DNA of 64,000 nucleotides from Macrostomum lignano. Lineage: Eukaryota. Each line of letters begins with the position of its first letter. Within the stretch, counting starts at the first letter, position 1. Where the stretch lies: positions 89,649 to 153,648 of the forward strand of contig NIVC01000063.1 of the NCBI GenBank assembly GCA_002269645.1, written 5' to 3'. Below, one piece after another: positions 11,116 to 23,170 of this stretch. The position numbers and the translations under genes are program-made. Under the pieces are notes generated by a model. That model had not been told where the DNA came from. It saw nothing but the letters and a program-made list of their open reading frames with translations, and did no database searches.

Positions 11116-11699
11116 ACCGGGATCAAAGAAGATTGCAGGACATTTGCACTTTGAGTTTCACACTGATTTTAATATTTGTTATACTGATTCACTTCTCTTT
11201 ACTTCTTTCTCGCGTCACAGGTCGTTTATTAACACTTATAATGCACCTCTGAATAGTACGTCTTTTTTATATCGCATAATTATTAATGTTTATTTCCAGT
11301 TATCTATTTCGATTTTAAATACTTGATATTTAAATACTTTTTTTAAATTACTATCCAGAATCTTCTGTGTATTTTCTGTCAAAATATTCAAAATAGAAAA
11401 TAAAATAAAAAGCGTGCTGAATTTTCCGTAATATTTAAAGGTCTGAAACTTGTTAGGTGGTAAAAATATGGAATTTTTCTTTTAAACATTATTTAATGAG
11501 CATTAGTAGCACTAGAAATAGAAAAGTTTCCTCGTAATATGAAATAATTTATATTGTTTGCAATAAGTACATTTGAGGTATGAAACAGAAAAAATGAACT
11601 AAATAATATTAATAATAAAAATCTTCATAACAATAAGAAACTGAATAAAGCTAAAATTATATAAAATTAATTGGAATAATTTTATGGTCCACGCGGTTG

Positions 11700-12095
11700 A
11701 CAAAACCGTAGCGACTGTGACCTTGAAAATCCGGGGTGATCATCAATCGTGACCTTGAGAATCTTGGGGATCCCCAATCGTGACCTTGAGAATCTGGGTG
11801 GAAAGATCACCAATCGTAACCTTAGGGAATCCCCAGTCGTGACCTTAATAATCTTGGGGATCCCCACTCGTGACCTTGGAGAATCCCCAGTCGTGACCTT
11901 AAGAATCTTGGGAATCCCCACTCGTGATTTTGAGAATCATTTGGATTCCCAATCGTGACCTTGAGTATCAGGGTGGAAAGATCGCCAATCGTAACCTTGA
12001 TAATAATGGATATCCCTAATCCTAACCTTAAGAATCTTGGGGATTCCCAATTGTGACCTTGAGAATCTGGAGGACCCCAACCGCGGCCTTGAGAA
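11700..12095. repeat. Degenerate ~29-30-bp repeat (cccaatcgtgaccttgagaatcttgggga) between convergent gene ends
   Basis: About 13 diverged units. Confidence 0.85.
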
Positions 12096-12189
12096 ACTGG
12101 AGCGATCACGAACCGTATAAACAATCCTGGCCGTAAAAACCATTTAGGGCTTGTAACTAAAAACTCTCATGCTTTAAAAGATTCTCAAA

Positions 12190-15100
12190 TCAAAGCGCAG
12201 CAGCAGCACCGCTTCGATTCCACCGCCACCCGTCGCCGCGAACTCTCGCATTCCTCGCCCGCATCCGAGCTCTGTGCCGCTGGATGCCTCCTTCAACTAC
12301 TCGATTCAAAGCGGCCAGCTGTGGATTCTTGACACTTCTTGGCGGCCCCCGTCTGGCCGTTGGCTGCCGGGATCTGGCTGACCAGCTCAGCTGATTGGCA
12401 CCAGTTCCAGCTACCGTCACCGACATTGGGACAGCAACAGCACCCGCGATCGCGACTGTGTCGTCTTCTACCGCGTCAGCGTCGTTAGCAACCGTTTCTA
12501 TAGCAACAGAGTTGACGACTGCTTCGGGCGTTACAGTGGCGGTTGACTTCGAGTTGCACAGCAGAATTATGGGCCTGACGATTGTGCACCAGCAAATGCA
12601 GGACAGCACGATAGCTGACAGCAGTGCAAGGGAAGCTGCGGTCAGTGCTTGGACCAGCGATGGAGTGGAGCTTGAGACGCTAGCAGGGGAATTTTGCGGT
12701 TCTGATGTTGCCGGCTGGGCTGTTGCTTGTTGCTCCGTTGTTTGCATATTTGGTGTTGCTTTTGACTGTGTTTGCGATGTTTGTGAGGCTATTGATTGTG
12801 ACGTTGGCTGTCCTGATGTGAGTTGCGGTGTTGTTGGTTGTGCTGTTGTTGGTTGCGCTGTTGTTGGTTGTGCTGTTGTTGGTTGTGCTGTTGTTAGTTG
12901 TGATGTTGTTGGTTGCGATGTTGTTGGTTGTGCTGTTGTTGGTTGCGATGTTGTTGGTTGCGCTGTTGTTGGTTGTGCTGTTGTTGGTTGCGCTGTTGTT
13001 GGTTGTGCTGTTGTTGGTTGTGCTGTTGTTAGTTGTGATGTTGTTGGTTGCGATGTTGTTGGTTGTGCTGTTGTTGGTTGCGATGTTGTTGGTTGCGCTG
13101 TTGTTGGTTGTGCTGTTGTTGGTTGTGACGTTGTTGGTTGTGCTGTTGTTGGTTGCGATGTTGTTGGTTGCGCTGTTGTTGGTTGTGCTGTTGTTGGTTG
13201 TGCTGTTGTTGGTTGTGCTGTTGTTGGTTGCGCTGTTGTTGGTTGTGCTGTTGTTGGTTGTGCTGTTGTTGGTTGTGCTGTTGTTGATTGTGCTGTTGTT
13301 GGTTGTGCTGTTGTTAGTTGTGCTGTTGTTGGTTGTGACGTTGTTGGTTGCGATGTTGTTGGTTGTGCTGTTGTTGGTTGTGCTGTTGTTAGTTGTGCTG
13401 TTGTTGGTTGTGCTGTTGTTAGTTGTGCTGTTGTTGGTTGTGCTGTTGTTGGTTGTGACGTTGTTGGTTGTGCTGTTGTTGGTTGCGCTGTTGTTGGTTG
13501 TGCTGTTGTTGGTTGTGCTGTTGTTAGTTGTGATGTTGTTGGTTGCGATGTTGTTGGTTGTGCTGTTGTTGGTTGCGATGTTGTTGGTTGCGCTGTTGTT
13601 GGTTGTGCTGTTGTTGGTTGCGCTGTTGTTGGTTGTGCTGTTGTTGGTTGTGCTGTTGTTAGTTGTGATGTTGTTGGTTGCGATGTTGTTGGTTGTGCTG
13701 TTGTTGGTTGCGATGTTGTTGGTTGCGCTGTTGTTGGTTGTGACGTTGTTGGTTGCGATGTTGTTGGTTGTGCTGTTGTTGGTTGTGATGTTGTTGGTTG
13801 CGCTGTTGTTGGTTGTGCTGTTGTTGGTTGTGACGTTGTTGGTTGCGATGTTGTTGGTTGTGCTGTTGTTGGTTGTGCTGTTGTTGGTTGTGCTGTTGTT
13901 AGTTGTGATGTTGTTGGTTGCGATGTTGTTGGTTGTGCTGTTGTTGGTTGCGATGTTGTTGGTTGCGATGTTGTTGGTTGTGCTGTTGTTGGTTGTACTG
14001 TTGTTAGTTGTGATGTTGTTGGTTGCGATGTTGTTGGTTGCGATGTTGTTCGTTGTGATGTTGCAGGTTGTGATGTTGTTGGTTGTGATGTTGTTGGTTG
14101 TACTGTTGTTGGTTGTGATGTTGTTGGTTGTGATGTTGTTGGTTGTACTGTTGTTGGTTGTGATGTTGCTGGTTGTGTTGTTGCTGGTTGTGATGTTGGT
14201 TGTGATGCTGTTAGTTGCGCTGTTGTTGGTTGTGCTGTTGTTGGTTGTGATGTTGTTGGTTGTACTGTTGTTGGTTGTGATGTTGGTTGGGATGTTGTTG
14301 GTTGTGCCGTTGTTGTTTGTAATGCTGCTGGTTGTGTTGTTGCTGATTGTGATGTTGGTTGTGATGTTGTTAGTTGCGATGTTGTTGGTTGCGGTGTTCT
14401 TGATTGTGCTGTTGTTGGTTGTACTATTTTTGGTTGTGCTGTTGTTGGTTGTGTTGTTGCTGGTTGTGATGTTGCTGGTTGTGCTGTTGTTGGTTGTGCT
14501 GTTGTTGGTTGTGATGCTGCTGGTTGTGTTGTTGCTGTTTGTGATGTTGGTTGTGATGTTGTTAGTTGCGCTGTTGTTGGTTGCGGTGTTGTTGATTGTG
14601 CTGTTGTTGGTTGTGTTGCTGCTGGTTGTGATGTTGTTGGTTGTGCTGTTGCTGGTTTTGCTGTTGTTGGTTGTGATGTTGTTGGTTGTGACGTTGTTTG
14701 TTGCGCTGTTGTTGGTTGTGCTGTTGTTGGTTGTGACGTTGTTTGTTGCGCTGTTGTTGGTTGTGCTGTTGTTGGTTGTGAAATTGTTGGTTGTGATGTT
14801 GTTGGTTGTACTGTTGTTGGTTGTCTTGTTATTAATGTTTGCTTTGTTGTTGGTTGCATGGTTGGTAGTGTCGTCGATTGTTTTGTTGGTTGCATTGTTA
14901 ACTGTTTGTCAGTTGTTCGCTGCGCTGTTGCTATGAGTGTTATCGTTGCTCTTAATTGCTGCGTTATTGTGTGTGGATCTGTTGTTCGTGACGTCGTTGA
15001 TGAATCCGCTGATGCTCCTGATGTTGTTTTTAGATTTATCGTTTTTCCTGGCATTGTCAGTCGATTTGTTGTTACCCCTGTTGTTGTCAGTGGATGTGTT

Positions 15101-16068
15101 GTTGCCCTCGTTGTCGGTGGATCTGTTGTTGACCTCGTTGTTGTCCTCGTTGTTGTCAGTGGATCTGTTGTTGTCCTCGTTGTTGTCAGTGGATCTGTTG
15201 TTGTCCTCGTTGTTGTCAGTGGATCTGTTGTTGTCCTTGTTGTTGTCAGTGGATCTGTTGTTGTCCTTGTTGTTGTCAGTGGATATGTTGTTTCCCCCAT
15301 TGTTGTTAGCCGATCTGTTGTTTCCCCCATTGTTGTTAGCCGATCTGTTGTTTCCCCCATTGTTGTTAGCCGATCTGTTGTTGCTCCTGATGTTGTTAGT
15401 GGAGCTGCAGTGACCAGCAAATGTGTAGTCGGCGGTACTCTTAATTGCGTTTCTGCTGCTAATTGAGACGTTGTACTTAGCGCAGTATTAGATGCTGTAC
15501 TGGCTACTGCAATCGGCTCATCAGTAGTATCCTTTGCGCTGGTTACGACATCCGAAATAGTTGTGGAAAATAATCCTGGAGCGTTGACAGTCGCTGGATG
15601 CAAACCACTTTCAGTAGTTGTCGGGACAGCATTATCGCGTAGAGCAGTTGTCTGTTGGGCCGTGGTGATCTGCTCTAAAATTATGTGGAAATAATTAATA
15701 CAGATATTACAGTGATATTACAGCCTTTGGCGTTATCATTCTTCAAACAGGCTGCAGCACGCACTCGTGCACACGCTCACACGGGGTGCACAGTGGCCCT
15801 TAGTTTAATCTGTGCTCGTGGGTGCAATCGATGGGGTCCGTGGCGCGATAAATCATTTTTGGGGGGTTTCGGCCATAGACAATTTGGACTCAAAGAAAAG
15901 CGAGATCTACACTTCTTAACACAAAAAAGGAAATGATAGATGCCTAAAGGATAAATCAGATATTTTATGCAACGTATAACATACTAACGGCATCATCACT
16001 AATTACGACTATTCAGTTCGACTATTTCAACTCACCTGTTGACCCGGCCTCGAGAGTAGCTGGCGCAG
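12190..16068 (-). CDS. Type I transmembrane mucin-like protein (QPTT[A/S] repeats); 5' exon(s) unresolved
   Basis: Large exon 12190-15674 (acceptor tttag) plus a small phase-1 exon 16036-16068 (caacag...gtgagt). Thr/Pro/Gln-rich ectodomain with well over 100 pentapeptide repeats, a single hydrophobic segment (LTAASLALLSAIVLSCICWCTIV) and a basic cytoplasmic tail. No signal-peptide exon identified. Confidence 0.8.
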
Positions 16069-16609
16069 CTGTTGCACAGTTGAAATAGGAGGCAAAGAAA
16101 ACAATGAAGCCTATAATTAGTGCATTATTAGCCACTGTTGTACCTACTAATTGCATAATCCTATTGACAAAGACCTTACTGTCTGCATGCAAACTAGATT
16201 TTGCGGCCCAGTCTCTGGACTATAACCGTGACAGACCTAATATAAATGTTAGGAATCAAGAACTTCACCTTTGTGAACATTTTCCGTTGCTAAGCAACCC
16301 TTCAAAGCCATTCTATTCTATACAGCTAGATAAGATGCGGTCGCCATGACAACAAACAAAAATACGAAAGGAAACTGATTTAATTGCTCGACATCAGTGG
16401 CAAGCGCGGGTCTCAAATGCAAATATTCAGCTGGGCTATTGAATAGTGCGAGTTTGCCATGCATAATGCATGCGATAACCTCGCCTGCTTCCTGCTGTGA
16501 GCTGTCACCCACTATTGGTCTGGAGTTCTTTCTTAGAAATGCACCGGAAATTATCGTGTGTTTCTTAATATAGCATACAGAATTACAGATCAATGAGCAT
16601 TTGAGAAGT

Positions 16610-17405
16610 GGATTTTGAGAAACCGGTAATGTAGATTTTAGAAATCGGTAATGTGGATTTGAGAAACCGGTAATGTGGATTTGAGAAACCGGTAATGTGG
16701 ATTTGAGAAACCGGTAATGGGGATTTGAGAAACCGGTAATGTGGATTTGAGAAACCGGTAATGAGGACTTTAGAAATCGGTAGAGGATTTGAGAAACCGG
16801 TAATGAGGATTTGAGAAATCGGTAATGTGGATTTGAGAAACCGGTAATGTGGATTTGAGAAACCGGTAATGGGGATTTGAGAAACCGGTAATGTGGATTT
16901 GAGAAACCGGTAATGGGGATTTGAGAAACCGGTAATGTGGATTTGAGAAACCGGTAATGGGGATTTGAGAAACCGGTAATGTGGATTTGAGAAACCGGTA
17001 ATGAGGACTTTAGAAATCGGTAGAGGATTTGAGAAACCGGTAATGAGGATTTGAGAAATCGGTAATGTGGATTTGAGAAACCGGTAATGTGGATTTGAGA
17101 AACCGGTAATGGGGATTTGAGAAACCGGTAATGTGGATTTGAGAAACCGGTAATGGGGATTTGAGAAACCGGTAATGTGGATTTGAGAAACCGGTAATGG
17201 GGATTTGAGAAACCGGTAATGTGGATTTGAGAAACCGGTAATGGGGATTTGAGAAACCGGTAATGTGGATTTGAGAAACCGGTAATGGGGATTTGAGAAA
17301 CCGGTAATGTGGATTTGAGAAACCGGTAATGGGGATTTGAGAAACCGGTAATGAAGATTTGAGAAATCGCTAAAATGGATTTGAGAAACGAGGATTTAAG
17401 AAATC
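16610..17405. repeat. 22-bp minisatellite (gatttgagaaaccggtaatgtg) with an internal ~240-bp higher-order duplication
   Basis: About 36 units. The variant block gaggactttagaaatcggtagagg occurs near 16763 and again near 17003. Confidence 0.95.
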
Positions 17406-18261
17406 GGTAATAAGGATAAAGAATAGAGGAAAAAAGCCGACAAAACACCTTAACAATTAAATGTAGCACTCTGTCAGAGTCCACAACATGTCGACACCGA
17501 GACAGACGCACTGAATTGACATTGATCAGGTGCCACTGATCATATACAATTTCAATGCATCAAATGTGCAGAAATAGGCATGTATATTTATATATTTAGA
17601 AATGTGTAAATTTATGATTATTAATTAATAACTTACATAAACTGCGCCAAACCAAAGCGAATTTACAAATTGTTTTTTTTTGTTTGAATTCACAACAAAT
17701 TTGGATTCTAAATTTTTTAATTAACACATTGGTGCATGCATATGCGCGGATAAATGAAAGCTAAATAAACACACAAAAAGCACAGGTTAGCATACTAACA
17801 GATACAGGCTACTTATAGTAAGGTGATACAATATAATTACAAACAGTGCTGATTAGTTAATAAATAATAATTCAGCAATTGTAGGGCTAGTGAATTATTA
17901 CGAGTTATTGAACAAACGAACAAACAAACAAACAAGGTGACGAGTAGGCAATCAGAGGAGGGAATTCAGAATCAAGCAAGTTAGGTAAATAGATGTGAAA
18001 TAAAAATTGGAATAGGGGCAGGTGAAAAAAAAACAATGAATTATCGAATTACTACTAGAGTTACAGTCGGTACTAAGTAGTATGTTTTAATTGCTTTTTT
18101 AATGAAACTGATTTTTCAAGTTACTAACTAGTAATTGTTACCAATATTATTATTATTACTACTACTTTACAAAAAAGCGTTGGATTATAAAATTGGAGAC
18201 AGAACGCAACAAGTTCAATTTTCAATTCAGGAGTCACTGCACAGCCAAGGACAAGCATTTT

Positions 18262-20039
18262 TTACTTTTTACCAGGCGGCTGCTGCGGCTGGGAGGCGGC
18301 GCTCATAGCCGACCAGAGGCTGGTGGGATTAAATCCCATATTTTGTCGCATAGCCTGCTGCAGCATAGTCAAATAGTTAGCCGGCATAGTGTAGGGATAA
18401 GAGCTGGCGCTGGCGCCTCCGGCAGCCGGGTATAGCTGGGATATGGCCTGCAGCTGGGCGTGCAGGAACTGCTGGCGTTGAATCTGTTCAACAGCGGCTG
18501 CGGTGGCGGCAGCCTGAGAAGCGGCGGCGGCAGCGGCGGCCTGCTGCTGCTGCTGCTGCTGAGTGGTGGCAGCAAGGCGGCTGGCACTGGAGCCCGAGAG
18601 GCTGTGCAACGAACTGGATGACCTGTGCGCAGAGCTTAGCGAAGACATGCCATGCAGAGAATGATGCTGCTGCTGGTGATGATGCTGCTGCTGATGCTGC
18701 TGAGCCTGAGGCTGAGGCGGCGGCGGAAGCAGATGCGGAAAAGCTTGAGCAGCCAGCTGCGGATTAGCCGAATAGCGTTTGAATTCTTTTTCAATTTCTT
18801 CCTCTTGTTTGAGCGCTTTAACAAAAGCGGCCTTGAGCCTGGCCGTGTGATCCTTGCGAATGGCGTTCTTCTGATTGACGGACACGCACTGTTCGCAGAT
18901 GACATTCTTAGAGCCGGGCTTGTCCCGCTTCCACACAGGTGTATAGTCTGTGCCGCACTGCACACAGGTGAACGGGTGGAATACGTACTTGACTTCGGTT
19001 GGCTTGCCGCCCTTCAGTACGGCATCGTATTCGCTGATATTGCGGACAACTTCCTCTAGGCCTACTAGAGCAATGAACTCGTTAGTAACCGTGCTCGGTA
19101 TGAAGTTCAACTCAGACGGCGGCGGCTGGGGATTGGGAATCTCCAGCAGGGATTTCTCCAACTGTTTGCGCAACGCCAGCTTCTTCTGAGCCTTCTGGGC
19201 GTCTAGCTGAGCCTGGCTAATCTGTGGCGGCGGCGGCGGCGTAGCTTTCGTAGTGGAAGCCTGGCCGCTGCTGACGCTGGCCGACGTTTTCATTGGCAGC
19301 GCGGCGGCCGACTGCGACCGGCCAATTGCCGAAGATGGCGACTGATGATGCGACAGCTTCTGGCTGCCGACAGCCGCTGCGCCAGCGGAACGGCCTTGAG
19401 CTGCAGCTGAGGCGCCCGACCGACTGGCACCAGATTGAGTGGCTCCAGCGACGGCGCCATTCTCCTTCTGTTGCTGATGATGGAGACTGGAGCCGGGCGC
19501 CGAGGCGGATCTCTGCTGAGAATGGCGCATAGCCTTCAATAGGGCCAGTTTGCACTCTTCGCTGCGCAGACTTTCGCGTAGTTTACGCAGCACCACGGCC
19601 TGCTCCTTCACCAGGGCCATGGCGGCGTCTGAATCAATGTCAGATTCGGCTAGCTCAGCCTGCTTAGCAACTAGCTTCTGGATTTCCTGCTCTTCATCGT
19701 CTGGCAGCACAATGATCTCATCGCTGCCAGCAGTTGCAGCGCTAGCAGCAGCGGGGGCAGAAGCAGCAAGGCTGCCAGTTCCACCAGAACTTGTCAGGGC
19801 GGGCGCTTTCTTTCGGCTAAGATCCATGGGCGCCAAGCCGACTTGAGAAGAAGACTCAGTAGAGTTAGACGAAGCAGCAGCAGCAGCAGCAGCAGCCGCT
19901 TTCGAACGTTTCAACAGCACATCGGAGGTCTCGGGCAGTAGCCGTTTCCGTTGTTGCTGAGCAGCGGGCTGCATTGCTTTAATAGTTTTAGCTGTTGCTA
20001 CTAATGCTGATTCTGTTGAACACTTCTTGATTGGCGACA
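18262..20039 (-). CDS. GATAD2: Transcriptional repressor p66 / GATAD2 (NuRD subunit), main coding exon
   Basis: CR1 coiled coil (VLRKLRESLRSEECKLALLKAMRHSQ). CR2 with LEKSLLEIPNPQPP...FIALVGLEEVV and GATA-type finger CVQCGTDYTPVWK...ICEQC, followed by HTARLKAAFVKALKQEEEIE. PMDLS CtBP-type motif. The exon begins at a strong acceptor (ctgactaattcaacatttcag) in phase 1. Confidence 0.93.
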
Positions 20040-20189
20040 CTGAAATGTTGAATTAGTCAGATAACACGGGCGCTAATTACAGGGAAATAATTAAACTCTG
20101 GCCATAGACAATTAGACTCTGTGTATACAGTACATAGAACTGCTAGCAGTACAAAATAAATGAATTTTAATAAGCAAACTTATGACAGT

Positions 20190-20458
20190 CCCTAACCAAT
20201 CTATCTACTCGTATCTATCTACCTATCTATTTATGTATCTGTCTATTATATATGTTGTATGTATGTATCTATTGTATCTGTGTATCTATCTGTCTATTAT
20301 CTATGTTGTATGTATGTATCTATTGTATCTGTGTATCTATCTGTCTATTATCTATAAATGTATGTATCTATGTAATCTATGTATGTATGTATCTATCTAT
20401 CTATAATCTATCTATCTATCATCTATCTACCTATCTATCTATTTATGTATCTATCTTT
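20190..20458. repeat. (tatc/tatg)n microsatellite
   Basis: Imperfect tetranucleotide run between the THAP ORF and the GATAD2 exon. Confidence 0.9.
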
Positions 20459-20552
20459 CGCCAAAACTCAAGAATGAAATTGATTTATATTAATTTTGCT
20501 GTTAAGACCTGTCAAGGCTGTTGTTTTCAGCTTACTTTAAGAACTTAACAAT

Positions 20553-20879
20553 TTACAATGATTTCGATTTACCAATCTCGCTAACCAAATCATTGTACTC
20601 TTTTAGACGCAGATGCCCATTGCCGATTTTATCCGGACTAGTCCAGGAGAACAGCCAAGGCGCATAGTCCACGTGATTCGGATCGTTAACCGGGGCCCCG
20701 GTTAAAAAGTGACAATCGCACACCCGCGAATTCGGATTGGGCTGCCACGGCTCGCCGCGGCGCAGCGCCACTATCCATTTCTGTCGCCTGGCCGGCGGTC
20801 CAACCGGTATGCGAAACATTTTCGGCATACCGGCACCGCCGCCCCTGCGTTTACAGTTGACTACGCAACAGCTGGGCAT
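20553..20879 (-). CDS. Stand-alone THAP (C2CH zinc finger) domain ORF, 108 aa; possibly exon 1 of the GATAD2 transcript
   Basis: MPSCCVVNC...MFRIP...RRQKWIVALRR...WQPNPNSRVCDCHF...DYAPWLF retains the C-x-C, W, C-x-x-H-F and AVPTIF-box-equivalent positions of THAP. No transposase catalytic domain follows. Confidence 0.88.
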   Translation of the reverse strand: MPSCCVVNCKRRGGGAGMPKMFRIPVGPPARRQKWIVALRRGEPWQPNPNSRVCDCHFLTGAPVNDPNHVDYAPWLFSWTSPDKIGNGHLRLKEYNDLVSEIGKSKSL

Positions 20880-21583
20880 GCCGCGGGAATATTGTATTGA
20901 GACCACAGAGCACCCTGGCTGCGACAGGTAGCCCAGGTTGAAATAATGGAGGCACAGGGCCAGATCATGATGGAGAGGAGAGAAGTAAAGAGGGGGAGGC
21001 AGACAGTCACACTAAGGGAAGAAGAGGGAAGAGACAAGCCATCTACCACCCCCCATAGGCGTCCGTCCGGTTTTTTTCAAAGCTAAAATTTCTCGTCCCT
21101 CTGCATCCAAGGTGAGTCTGACACTGCTTCTGCCAGCGAAGCTCTCTACTCGGTGAGCACACGCCATGAAGCCTCCCTCCCCTTCTCACCTTCCCCAGGT
21201 CTGCTCTCCCCTCCTTTCCCGGCTCAAACCCACATATCCTGCCCAATTTCTCTGTATCATCTGGCTCAATCTCTTGCCTGCCTATCACCTGTGTCCCGGC
21301 TCCAATTGATTTTTTTTGCAAACCGTAGACCACCTACCTCACTTTCTAGCCAGATATTCTCAGGACTAGCAATAGGGGAAGAGGAAAGACAGGAAAAATA
21401 CTATAATCCTCTTTCCTATTTTTCACTGTCAATGCCAAAACAGGAGGAATAGGAAAGGACAGGGATAGCTTTTAAAGTTATACAAAGCCCCAGCAAGAGA
21501 CATCTGGATTCTGAACAAAACAAAGAAACGACTGGGATTCTTCAGTGGAAGCTTTTAGAAAACTCCCTACCATGCTTGGGCGC

Positions 21584-21731
21584 AACCTAGGGATTCACCC
21601 GGCCGTTTCTATTGGCAACACACACATGTAAGTCGCTATTGGACGGAATAGTACTCACGTGACTGCTCTTAGCTAATAGCGACTTACATGTGCGCGTTGC
21701 CATTAGAAACGGCCAGGTGATTCCCAAGGTT
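21584..21731. repeat. Long imperfect inverted repeat (57-bp arms, 34-nt loop)
   Basis: cacccggccgtttctattggcaacacacacatgtaagtcgctatt (21596-21640) pairs with aatagcgacttacatgtgcgcgttgccattagaaacggccaggtg (21675-21719) with 4 mismatches; pairing extends about 12 bp further out. Confidence 0.9.
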
Positions 21732-22124
21732 AGGGTTAGGAGTCCCTACTTACAGAAAACAAACTGAAACTGGCAAGACGGACTATTCTTGGGGCAGTAA
21801 TTGCTAACATTATTCACTGGATGCGGGCTTAACAGTAAATGATGATATTAACACAACCACAATGAGGACGCAACACAAAGAATTTAAGACATGAAGGAAA
21901 GACAGACTAGACAAGAGTATGACAAAATCCAACCCTTCCACCCTATCTTTTTATAAAGTAATTGGAAGAGAAAGTAGAAATAGTTTAAACGATTGTTAGT
22001 AGAAACCAGAAAAATTGTTAGTAGAAAAGAACTCTTTTAAGCTACTGAGCTTAAGCTACTAATCGTCTTCAAATTTGACGCAAACAATCTTCAACTATTT
22101 TAAGACAATCGTGTAAAATTTCGA

Positions 22125-23160
22125 GGCTTAAAGTTAATTCTGAACGGCACTGTGTACTTTTAAAGTTAGTCTGATTTTGTCAGCGTAGCAACCACCTCAA
22201 CCTCCGCCTCTCTCCTTGCCTTATTTGGCGAGATATGGAAAAGGAGTTTTAAAATTGACTAAACTTTGGCGCTGCTATAAGTTTGCTTCACATAAATGAT
22301 TGACTTCAAACTTGACAAAATACTTCATTGACTCATTCACTGTCATATCTCTAAATGTAAAGTCTCAGCTCTGTAACTCTGTTTTTTGCCTAGATGTTTT
22401 TGCCGCTCATTCATTCCCCCAAGAGGAAGGGGTCGGGCGATAGGGCTCAGTGAACATAGATGTGCTGTGTTGTGGAATAACTTTAGTTATATAGCCTTCT
22501 TTGCAAGAGACTATGTTTAGCCATGACAGTTTAGTGAGAAATTCTTAACACTTGGCCTATTCTATAAAGCCACCATAAGATAAGTTTGTTCTTAGCTCCT
22601 ATCTCCACAGTGTAAAAGTTCCAACGTACAATTGAACTTATGCTACAACAGCTTTATAGTACAACTACAACCCCTCTGTACTACTATCTGATTGAGAGAC
22701 AAGAGTATTCTGTGCCACAAACTGGCTTTTGAAGCAACTTCAGCTCACACTAAAGGATCTGCACTGAAAAAAATATCTTAACATTAATAAGTATTATCCT
22801 GATACTCTATTTTAAATTTTCACAACATTCTAATCATCAATCATATGAACTTTTAAATGATGTCAGAACACAAAGGCTTAGGGACATGGCTTTTAAGGTT
22901 GTAAATATACTTAAAGACATGGCAAATTATAACAGTCAATACTTAATACTAAGTGGCATTGCATTTCTTATATCTTTAACTTACCTGACATAATTGTATA
23001 AAAATGTGCATCTTAAAGAGTATCTTGAAAGACACTGAAAACTTTTAAATTTAGTGTATTTTTGCCATTGAGACAACCACTGTAATCTCCATCTACCTCT
23101 TTTTCCCTTATCTGGCCAGATATATACACAAGGGTTTTAAAATTGACTAACTTATGGCTA
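22125..23160. repeat. Diverged direct duplication of ~140 bp (about 22125-22270 and 23015-23160)
   Basis: Shared blocks acttttaaa.ttagt...caaccac...ccttat.tgg..agatat...gttttaaaattgactaa. Confidence 0.55.
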
Positions 23161-23170
23161 CCATAACATG

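Noticed and set aside
12395-15466. 1023-aa VVGC[A/D] ORF and 702-aa Leu/Val ORF on +
   Set aside because: Antisense shadows of the 15-bp mucin repeat, which has no stop codons in those frames.
16318-17511. 397-aa ORF on - as the mucin N-terminus
   Set aside because: Mostly a read-through of the 22-bp array; no signal peptide or convincing splice path to exon 16036-16068.
21729-21740. Interstitial telomere
   Set aside because: Only about two TTAGGG units, too short to support a fusion or healing site.
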